DNA of 64,000 nt from Candidatus Poriferisodalis sp. (GTDB lineage Bacteria > Actinomycetota > Acidimicrobiia > Acidimicrobiales > Poriferisodalaceae). The notes under the pieces are model-generated. The model made no database searches. It was not told the DNA's origin and saw nothing but the letters and a program-made list of their open reading frames with translations. Positions 1 to 7,817 of the stretch are shown piece by piece. Where the stretch lies: the NCBI GenBank assembly GCA_965226645.1, contig CBDDDL010000002.1, forward strand, positions 667,147-731,146, written 5' to 3'. Position 1 is the first letter of the stretch; each line of letters starts with the position of its first letter. A program made the position numbers and the translations under genes.

Positions 1-3000
1 CGAGCACCACGGTCTCGCCGTCGTCCTCCACTTCGTCAGCCGCCGCCGCGATCCTGAGACTGGTCGAGCCGGCACCACCCGGGAGCGTCAACTGATACGG
101 CGAAGACAACTCATTGCCGTTCGCGTCGGTCAACACGAAATCGTCGTCGAGGGCGGCGCTGCCCGACACGTTCACCGACAGGCTCTGCGCCTGAGCGAAC
201 GTGACCCCGCCGGTGCGAACCGTGACCGTCGCCGTGTCGCCCTCGACAACCTGGGCGGCGCCCGCGGACACGCTGAAGATCGCGACGTCGTTGTCTCGCA
301 CCGTGATTGTGGCGCTGTTGGGCGAGCCGGCCACATATCTCGCCGGGCTCGCGGTGTCGGCCCTCACCAGCGCCGTCACCGTGGCCGCATCCTCCACGAC
401 GGTGTCGTTGACGGTCGCGGCTCGCAGCTCAGCGGTGCCGTCACCCGCGGTGAACGTCACCGTCGACGGCGGCGCGCCGCTGAGGATCCCGCCGATCGCC
501 GTCACCTCGACACGCACCGACAGCGCCTGGTCCAACGTGGTCCCCAAGGTGGCGGTGCGCCTCAGCGTGAACACGGCGTCTTCGCCCTCTGACACGGCCC
601 CGACCGGTGTGATCGTGACCTCGGGCACGCCCCAGTCGCTCGCGGGGATGGTGACGGTGCGCGAACCGATCGAGGTGTTGGTCGACGCGAGCCTGGCGCT
701 CAATACAACGGTCTCAGCCAACTCGGCATCAGAGTCGTTCACCACACGCACAACGGCACTGACCTGCGTCGCCCCCGCCGCCAAGGTGACCGAGTACGGC
801 GCCGACAGCGTCCGGTTCTGGGAGTCTGAGAGCATGAAGTCGTCGGCGGCGTCGGCCGACCCGGCCACGGTGATGTCGATGGCCTGGTCCGCCGCGAAGG
901 TGACGCCGTTGGTGATGGCGAACGTCAGCTCAGTCTCGCCTCCCTCAGAGACCTCGCTGCTCGCGACGCTGAACCCGATCGCGGCGGTGTCGGAGTCGGT
1001 GATCGTGACCGTCGCCACAGCCGTCGAGCCCTCAGAGAACCCCGGCGCAAGCGCGCCCAAGCTGAGCTCGACCGTCTCGGGACCCTCCACCAACACATCG
1101 TCAGCAGCGTCGAACATAACCGTCTTGCGGGTCTCGCCAGCCGCGAAGCTGACCTCAGAAGCCACCGAGAACTCACCAGCCGACGCGCTGAGACCCGACG
1201 CGACGATCTGCACCTCGATCTCCACACCGCCGCCGTGGGCTCTGCTCAGCACCACCGGCACCTGCAACGTCGAGCCCTCACCCACGCTGTAAGAGGCCGC
1301 GCCGAACGACACCGACACCGGCGAACCGATCACCAGCGACGAAGGCACACCCGACAACGTCGAGCCGTCGGCCGCGCAAACCCCGCCAACATCGCACCCC
1401 CGACCAGCAACCACCGACACAATGATCGCAGCCGCACTCTCAGGAGCCAAAGACACCAAATACGCATTCGCCCGCTCGCCCGCCACCAGCAATGGCGCCA
1501 CCGCCGTCACCGACGCGCCCTGAACGCTCAACGACGGAGTCGAAACCCCAAAATCCGCCACAGGCCGATTGAACACCACCGCCACCTGCGCAACATCGCC
1601 CACACCCGAATGAAACACCGACGTATCACTGCCCGCCAACACCCACGCCTCCAACAGCTCAGGAGCCTCCGCCAACGCCTCCGGCCCCATGACGGCGCCG
1701 CGAAGGTCGCCGACACCGGCGCCAGAACCGCCCAGGCGTAGCCATTCCTCGCCGGTGTCGGGATCGGCCTGGGTCATGGTCTCGGATGGGGGATCATTCT
1801 GGGGATTCCGTCCACGGGAGTTTCCCCAGCTGATCAGCCAGTGGCCGTTGCTGAGGGACTCGATGTTCCCGCCGCGATAGCCGAACTCGCTTCTCGTTCC
1901 ATGAAGCGAATGGTCGCGCACGAACACCGCCTCGCCGTTGTCGAGGTCCAAGGCGTACTCGACGCCGCGGCTGAACTCATCGCTCTCTCGGAGGAGGTCG
2001 TGTCTGGTCCAGGGATCTATTGGGCATTGCGCACCGTTGTCGTAGAGGATCAGGTTGCCGCTGGGCAGCAGCGATGTTCCGTGCTGGCCACAGAACTGGC
2101 CCTCGGGATCGCCGGTGATTTCGAGCGGCGGCGGCCCGATGTCGCGCTCGGCCCACTCGGCGTCGCTGAGATTCGACGGCCCCACCCTCCACACCACATC
2201 ACCGGTCGCCACGTCGATGGACAGCACACGCGAACACCCCCGCATCGACGCGATAATGCGCCCGTCCACCATGTGGGTCGCGTTCAGGTGCGCGTAGTCG
2301 CCGTCACCGGGCGGGAAGAAATGCTGCACGCAGTCCTCAAGCGGCATGTGATCCCACGAGTTCCAATTGAACACCGCCACCCCCGAGGGGGTGACGATCT
2401 GGATGACCGAGTCCTCCACATACACATCGGTCCCGTAGGGCTGGCCGTTCTCATCGGTGAAGGTGAGATGGGACAGGTCGCGCTCGGTGTCCTGATAGGC
2501 CATCAACATGTAGTTCCCGTTCTCGAGCACCCGGAAGTCGTGGGAGTCCTGGCGCGTGAGGGGCGCCACCGTTCTCGCCACCGCGAGCTGGCGCAGGTTC
2601 TCGTCGAGGACGCGGCCGACGCCGCTGGTGTAGGAGTATCGGGGCTCGCCGTTGACGTCGGGATAGAACCGGAAATAGAACCGGCCTCTCTGGTTCACGC
2701 TGCGTTGGACGCGCGGCACCCCGTTGCTGTCCATGATCACCAAGCGGTCGCCAAACGGGAAAAGGATCAGTTCGTCGAGCACGCCCGTCTCGCCCAGAGG
2801 TTTGTCGACGGTGATCTCTGCGAAGTTGTCGGCGAGGCAGTGCACGACGTACTGCGTCTGCGCGCCCTCGGCGTCGGTGAGGGCGATGCGCACGACGCTG
2901 TTGCCGGTCACGGCCCGCGTGGCTGTCATCGAGGTGTTCGTGCCGGGGTTGGCGTGCTGGGTGCCGTCGATCGAGATCCGGCTCGATGCGTCGGCGGGGG

Positions 3001-6000
3001 TCATGGTCAGCGTCATCGTGTCGGTGTTGTTGCAGCCCACCGAGTAGTGCAGGGTCTGCTCATCGAATGCCGGGCGCATCCGCCGCCACGCGTCGCTGCT
3101 GGTGGTCGCATCGGAGTCGTTGGTGGTGATCGACAGATCGCTGAGCAGATCGGCTGCCACGACCTCGGGCGCGGTCGCCTGGGTCTGCGCGCCGCTGCCG
3201 TGGTTGTCGTTGTAGGTGACGCTGACCCTCAGGAAGCTGCCCGCGTCAGCCGCTGCCGGGGTGTAGCTCGACGAGTCCGCCCCCGCGATCGCGGCCCATT
3301 CGTTGTATCCGGAGCTGCGCTGCCACACCCACGTCGCCGATCCGGTCACCACATCGTCGGGGTCCTCCAGGGTGGCGGTGACCTCCACGCCGGTGCGAGG
3401 CCGCTTCGTGGACAGCGACACCGTGCCGTCCTCGTCCGCGTCGGTCACCGTCACCGTCACACTCAACGCAGAAGCAGCCATGGCCGACCCTGCCGAGGGC
3501 AGCAGCGTCACCGCATAGGCGTTGTTGTCGTCGCTGTCGACCGGCGCCTCGAAATCGGGCGGCTTCTTGACGATCATCGGCGTCACCGGGTCGAGGTCGA
3601 ACCGCAGCGCGCCTGATGGCTCGTCGATGCTGAAGTACGCGGCGTCGCTGCCGCCGAGCGTCCAGGAGATGCCGTCGCGGTCCTGGGGCGACGACGCCGC
3701 GAAGGTCGCCACCCGCGACCAGCTGTTCTCCGCGAACGACACCACTGAAGGCCCTTCGATCGCTACGAGCTCGATGACGTTGTCCAACGTCACCACCAGG
3801 TGCGCGGCAACGTCGTTGAGCCCGTCGCTCACCTGCACCGTCACCTCGTAGGTGCCGTCGCCGTCGGCGTCATCGGGAGCCTCGAAGTCCTTGGCCGCCG
3901 ACAACGCCAGCACCCCCGCGGTGCTCAGCGCGAACTTGTCGGCGTCGGCGCCACCGGCCGCGCCCTCGGGGATCGACCACACGAGTTGCGAGGCTGGGGT
4001 GTCGGGATCCGACGCCGCCAGCGTCGCCACCGCCGTAGTTGCCTCCGCCACATCGAAGGCGCCGTCGCTGTCGATGGTCGGCGGCAGGTCCAACGCGAGC
4101 TCTCGTGCCGCGGGCACCTCCGACAGCATGGTGCCGTCCGCGGTGCACGCGCCCCCCGACGCGCACCCGGCGTCAGCGACCAGGCTGAAGGTGATCGCGT
4201 CGGTTCCCGTCGGCGTCAATGTGAAAATGTAGGCGTTGGCTGCCTCGCCGGGCACCACATGTGCCCGCACCGACGCCACCGTCGCGCCGGTCACGCTCAC
4301 CGACGGCGAGTCAGCCGCCAAATCCGCCACCGGCCGGTTGAACGCCACCACCACCTGCGGCGAGTCCGACATGCCCGTGTAGGCCTCGTCGGCGAAGTCG
4401 CTCTCGGCGAAGACCGCCGACAGCGGAGCCGTCTCAGCGGGGAACTCGTCATAGCGCATCGGGTACGCGCGCGTCATAGCCCGCACACCCGCTGAGGTGG
4501 TGTAGCTGATGTGGAGCAGTTCCGTGTTGGTCACGGGGTCCCATTCGGTGACCGCCGGCAGGTCCATCGTGGTGCGGCCCCAGCTGATCAACCAGTTCCC
4601 GTTGCTGATGGGCGCGACCAGACCGGCGGAAACGGTGACGGCGTTGAACGAGTCGTTGTAGGAGTGGTGGCGGACGAAGACAGCCTCTCCGCTGTCCACG
4701 TCGAGGGCGTACTCCACCACCCGGGTGAACTCGTTGTTGGTCCGTGCGGTGTCGCCGGTGTCGGGGTCTTGCAGGCAGTGGACGCCGTTGTCGTAGATGA
4801 TGAGGTTGCCGTTTCCCAGGATCTTGGCCGAGTGCTGCCCGCAGAACTCGCCGTAGGGGTCGCCCACGATCTTGAGCGGCGGTTTTAGGCCCTTGGCGCG
4901 CCACTCGTCGTCGCTGAGGTTGCTGCGCCCGAGCCGCCAGATCACCTCGCCGGTCGAGCCGTCGATCATGACCACCGCGGCGCAGCCCCGGAACGAAACC
5001 AGCAGGTTCCCGTCGACGACCTCGATCGAGTTGAAGTGGGAGTACTCGCCCTCGGAGGCCGTGAAGCGGTGCTGGGTGCAGTCGACGAGCTCCATGTGGT
5101 CCTTGGTGTTCCAGGTGAACACCGTGGTCCCCGCCGGAGTGACTTCCCGGATGATCTCGTCGTTCACTGCCTCGTTGGTGCTGTAGGGATCGCCGTTGTC
5201 GTCGGTGAACGCGCTCAGGTCGCGGGTGGAGGGATCGTCGGTCACCATGACGATGTTGTCGTTGGCCTTGGCTGCGAAGTCGTGATTGTCGATCTCCTCG
5301 TCGCTGCCAGCCGAGCTCGGAGGGCCTATCGCCGGCCCCGCCTCCTCGAGGTTCTCGTCGAGCAGCTGCAGCTTGTCGGGGCCGGGGGTTCTCGCGTAGC
5401 CGTAGGCGTAGCTAGCGGCTTGCAGCGGCTTGATGTGCGCCACCCGGAAGTTCTCGATGCGCTGACGGAACCACGGAACGCCGTTGGTGTCCACGATCTG
5501 CAGCGGGGACCACTGGTAGGCGGCGCGCCGGTCCACTGCCTCCACCGCGCCGACGATCAGCCCTTCCCACGCGCCGGGCTGCTTGGTGACGGTGATCGTG
5601 GGGTAGTCGTGGTCGAGGCAGTGAACGGTGTAGGTCCGTGCCTCGCCATCCGCGTTGCTGAGGACGATCTCGATGTCGCTGGTGCCGTCGAGCCCGCTGA
5701 GCGGCACCTGAGCGTTGTCGTTGGAGACCTGGATTCCATCGACGGCGAGCCGGGTGCCGCTCGACTCGGTGGACATTGCCAGCGTCAAGGAGTCCACCGT
5801 CGCCGGGTCGTCGTCGGAGCAGCCGGCCGCGTAGTGCAGGGTGTCAGCGTCGAACGCGGGGTACATCGCCCGCCCGACATTGCCCGACATCGACAGCGCC
5901 GCCAGCGCCAGCGCCGGGGCCGCATCGTCATCGTCGGCGATGGCGATGACCGCCGAGCCGATGCTGGCGCCGCTGTGGGAGGCAATGACGACCACGGTCT

Positions 6001-6676
6001 CGGCGTCGTCGTCGACGGTGTCGTCGACTGCTGTGACAACACCGGCCGCCTCGCTCTGGCCCGCCGCGAGCCTCAGGCTGAACGGCTTGGTCACCAGCCT
6101 GGCGGCGGCGTCGGTGAAGACGAAGTCGGCGCCCGCCGCCGCGGTGCCGCCGAGGACGACGTCGATGTCCTGGGGCTTCGCGAAGGTGACGCCGTTGGTG
6201 ATCGTCACCGTCACGGCCGCGCTGTCGGCATCGGCCTCGCTGAGCCCCGAAGGCGACACCGAAAAGGCAAACTCCGCAGTGTCGTCGTCCTCCACGGTGA
6301 CCGTCGCCGACGACGAGCCCACCGTCACGGTGACCTCACTGTCGGACTCCACCACAGCGTCATCGACGGTCGGCAGTGTCAGCGTCGCGCTATTGGAGTC
6401 CGCCTCGAACGTGACCGATCTCGTAGCCGCTCCCCCCAGCATGGATCCCGTCTCGGTCACGCCCACATCCACCGTCGCCGCGGTGTCCGTCGCCCCGGTG
6501 CGCACCAGCACGAAGCGCGCGTCCGCGCCCTCAACGACCGTCGACGACGACGCCGTCACAGTGACACCGTCCTGGGCGGCCGCGGACCCGGCCAGGATCC
6601 CCAACGCCGCCACAGTCCCTAGGACGACTGCCAGCAGCGCGACAACGGTGACCCGCGCCCGGGAGCTTGCCGGCAT
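1..6676 (-). CDS. Giant secreted multidomain surface protein, partial; the 3' end and stop codon lie beyond the window start. Domains: signal peptide, two Calx-beta domains, cadherin-like repeats, two arylsulfotransferase (ASST)-like beta-propeller modules, then further Calx-beta domains.
   Basis: The minus-strand frame reads from ATG (revcomp of cat at 6674-6676) as MPASSRARVTVVALLAVVLGTVAALGILAGSAAAQDG..., a signal peptide with an AxA site. It stays open to position 1; no minus-strand ORF in this frame is listed in the track, consistent with no in-frame stop. Translating the 1-330 end gives TITVRDNDVAIFSVSAGAAQVVEGDTATVTVRTGGVTFAQAQSLSVNVSGSAALDDDFVLTDANGNELSSPYQLTLPGGAGSTSLRIAAAADEVEDDGETVVL, a canonical Calx-beta motif. 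Internal segments include WDHM..DC.QH.F....G.Y.H.N......G.L..S.RGC..V..ID..TG.V.WR.G and ..YDNG, which resemble ASST. Cadherin-type DFEAPDDADGDGTYEVTVQVSDG is also present. The long + strand ORFs here (201..1292, 1841..3616, 5036..6622) are R/H/G-rich antisense artefacts. Confidence 0.8.
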   Translation of the reverse strand, partial: MPASSRARVTVVALLAVVLGTVAALGILAGSAAAQDGVTVTASSSTVVEGADARFVLVRTGATDTAATVDVGVTETGSMLGGAATRSVTFEADSNSATLTLPTVDDAVVESDSEVTVTVGSSSATVTVEDDDTAEFAFSVSPSGLSEADADSAAVTVTITNGVTFAKPQDIDVVLGGTAAAGADFVFTDAAARLVTKPFSLRLAAGQSEAAGVVTAVDDTVDDDAETVVVIASHSGASIGSAVIAIADDDDAAPALALAALSMSGNVGRAMYPAFDADTLHYAAGCSDDDPATVDSLTLAMSTESSGTRLAVDGIQVSNDNAQVPLSGLDGTSDIEIVLSNADGEARTYTVHCLDHDYPTITVTKQPGAWEGLIVGAVEAVDRRAAYQWSPLQIVDTNGVPWFRQRIENFRVAHIKPLQAASYAYGYARTPGPDKLQLLDENLEEAGPAIGPPSSAGSDEEIDNHDFAAKANDNIVMVTDDPSTRDLSAFTDDNGDPYSTNEAVNDEIIREVTPAGTTVFTWNTKDHMELVDCTQHRFTASEGEYSHFNSIEVVDGNLLVSFRGCAAVVMIDGSTGEVIWRLGRSNLSDDEWRAKGLKPPLKIVGDPYGEFCGQHSAKILGNGNLIIYDNGVHCLQDPDTGDTARTNNEFTRVVEYALDVDSGEAVFVRHHSYNDSFNAVTVSAGLVAPISNGNWLISWGRTTMDLPAVTEWDPVTNTELLHISYTTSAGVRAMTRAYPMRYDEFPAETAPLSAVFAESDFADEAYTGMSDSPQVVVAFNRPVADLAADSPSVSVTGATVASVRAHVVPGEAANAYIFTLTPTGTDAITFSLVADAGCASGGACTADGTMLSEVPAARELALDLPPTIDSDGAFDVAEATTAVATLAASDPDTPASQLVWSIPEGAAGGADADKFALSTAGVLALSAAKDFEAPDDADGDGTYEVTVQVSDGLNDVAAHLVVTLDNVIELVAIEGPSVVSFAENSWSRVATFAASSPQDRDGISWTLGGSDAAYFSIDEPSGALRFDLDPVTPMIVKKPPDFEAPVDSDDNNAYAVTLLPSAGSAMAASALSVTVTVTDADEDGTVSLSTKRPRTGVEVTATLEDPDDVVTGSATWVWQRSSGYNEWAAIAGADSSSYTPAAADAGSFLRVSVTYNDNHGSGAQTQATAPEVVAADLLSDLSITTNDSDATTSSDAWRRMRPAFDEQTLHYSVGCNNTDTMTLTMTPADASSRISIDGTQHANPGTNTSMTATRAVTGNSVVRIALTDAEGAQTQYVVHCLADNFAEITVDKPLGETGVLDELILFPFGDRLVIMDSNGVPRVQRSVNQRGRFYFRFYPDVNGEPRYSYTSGVGRVLDENLRQLAVARTVAPLTRQDSHDFRVLENGNYMLMAYQDTERDLSHLTFTDENGQPYGTDVYVEDSVIQIVTPSGVAVFNWNSWDHMPLEDCVQHFFPPGDGDYAHLNATHMVDGRIIASMRGCSRVLSIDVATGDVVWRVGPSNLSDAEWAERDIGPPPLEITGDPEGQFCGQHGTSLLPSGNLILYDNGAQCPIDPWTRHDLLRESDEFSRGVEYALDLDNGEAVFVRDHSLHGTRSEFGYRGGNIESLSNGHWLISWGNSRGRNPQNDPPSETMTQADPDTGEEWLRLGGSGAGVGDLRGAVMGPEALAEAPELLEAWVLAGSDTSVFHSGVGDVAQVAVVFNRPVADFGVSTPSLSVQGASVTAVAPLLVAGERANAYLVSLAPESAAAIIVSVVAGRGCDVGGVCAADGSTLSGVPSSLVIGSPVSVSFGAASYSVGEGSTLQVPVVLSRAHGGGVEIEVQIVASGLSASAGEFSVASEVSFAAGETRKTVMFDAADDVLVEGPETVELSLGALAPGFSEGSTAVATVTITDSDTAAIGFSVASSEVSEGGETELTFAITNGVTFAADQAIDITVAGSADAADDFMLSDSQNRTLSAPYSVTLAAGATQVSAVVRVVNDSDAELAETVVLSARLASTNTSIGSRTVTIPASDWGVPEVTITPVGAVSEGEDAVFTLRRTATLGTTLDQALSVRVEVTAIGGILSGAPPSTVTFTAGDGTAELRAATVNDTVVEDAATVTALVRADTASPARYVAGSPNSATITVRDNDVAIFSVSAGAAQVVEGDTATVTVRTGGVTFAQAQSLSVNVSGSAALDDDFVLTDANGNELSSPYQLTLPGGAGSTSLRIAAAADEVEDDGETVVL

Positions 6677-6882
6677 TCGCACGCCCAGAAAATAGTCGTT
6701 CGTATTATCGTTGGCAGCCAAGTCGACAGAATGGCAGCGTTCACCGAGCACTCGCTGGGAAAAGTCCAACTGCCGCAGGAGCGGCGGTCAACATCGTGAC
6801 TTGGCAGTCGCTACGCGTACCGCCGCCGAAGACCATCGGCGGCACCCCGCATCTAGGGCAGGACCGACCAGGAACCAAGAAA

Positions 6883-6970
6883 TCATCTGTGGGACGCCGG
6901 ATCGCCGGCCTTGCCCGACAGAGCCAACAAGACGAGTGCCGCGAGGCCTGCGCACGCGGACGCAAACAGA
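6883..6970 (-). pseudogene. Orphan remnant of the nhaA 3' end (about the last 30 codons, ...FASACAGLAALVLLALSGKAGDPASHR*)
   Basis: About 75% nt identity over roughly 90 bp to the 3' end of intact nhaA at 9860-9960 (NhaA C-terminus ...GAGVAALVILALSGKAGDHPDEPP...). It has no N-terminal body. It lies between the giant gene start and the CWB-repeat gene. Confidence 0.45.
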
Positions 6971-7197
6971 ATGCCGAATCTGTTGGAGACAGTCGCCTCG
7001 CTCACGGCGGGCGGCGCCGATGCCGCGTTCTGCCTCGGCGTAGTGTCCGAAAGCAACGACGGGACACGCTCAGCGAGCGACGGGGAACCGGCAAGCGAGA
7101 TCGCCGTGGCTGTCCTCATCGACTTCAGCAGCACCGACGACGCCACCACCACGACCGCTACTGCTGCGCCCAGTCGCTATCCGATGGTGAGGTCGGA

Positions 7198-7626
7198 TTG
7201 TGCGTTAGTGCCGCGTCTTCGACAGGTTACCTGAGGGCTGTGTGGGAGTTCACCGCTACCTCGAACGTTGCGGAGCCTGACAATTGGACGATCAGCTGGA
7301 GTGCCGGTGGCAGCTCGTTTCTGACGGGTTCTCGCGATGGCGAGGTGCGCAGCATTAGCGGCAGGCTCCAGACGGCGATGTTCACAATTTTCGCCGGCCG
7401 GACATGGTCGGTCAGCATCGACGGAGGAACCGACTCCAACGGCGGCCCGGTCGGAGCAACCCAGACGTTCGACACCGACGGCACCTGGACCGGAACCGCA
7501 GGAGTCGGCCAATGCCGAACGCTGCCCCGGCGAGTTGCGCTGCTGACGCCGGCGGCCTGCGGCGGAACGGCTGGTGAGCCTCGTGGGGCGGATTCGGCGC
7601 CGCTACCAATCCTGCAACTTCTCTGA
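7198..7626 (+). CDS. Hypothetical small protein (speculative)
   Basis: The 3' part of track ORF 6667..7626 has coding-like GC3 (about 75%) and a beta-rich composition (..TWSVSIDGGTDSNGGPVGATQTFDTDGTWTGTAG..). A possible TTG start follows a GGTGAGG Shine-Dalgarno-like motif. The upstream part of the same ORF is R-rich junk antisense to the nhaA remnant. No homology recognised. Confidence 0.2.
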   Translation: MCVSAASSTGYLRAVWEFTATSNVAEPDNWTISWSAGGSSFLTGSRDGEVRSISGRLQTAMFTIFAGRTWSVSIDGGTDSNGGPVGATQTFDTDGTWTGTAGVGQCRTLPRRVALLTPAACGGTAGEPRGADSAPLPILQLL

Positions 7627-7817
7627 GCTCAGCTATGTCGTGGCCTTGCCTGCAGCTTGGACTGCACGCGAGGTAGTCCTGCAATTGGGAGCATCCGATC
7701 GCAGAGCCAATTGGGTAGTCCTCATCGTCATGTTCACCGTTTCGTAGAGACTCGGGGTGATTCAAACGCTCGGCAGCATGACCTGCGTTCGCGTTCGCAG
7801 CAAGTGCGCGCAGACGT

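Noticed and set aside
201-6695. Long + strand ORFs 201..1292, 1235..1741, 1841..3616, 3800..4495, 5036..6622 and 5841..6695, which look like large genes in the track
   Set aside because: Their translations are R/H/G/V- or T/S/A-rich with no domain logic. The complementary minus strand reads as one continuous, domain-rich protein (Calx-beta and others) with a signal peptide. These are antisense artefacts of a GC-rich gene.
6667-7197. 5' two-thirds of + ORF 6667..7626 (MPAFARPENSRSYYRW...RRRHHHDRYCC)
   Set aside because: Arg/His-rich junk composition. It is antisense to the nhaA remnant and the giant-gene upstream region. Only the 3' third might be coding.
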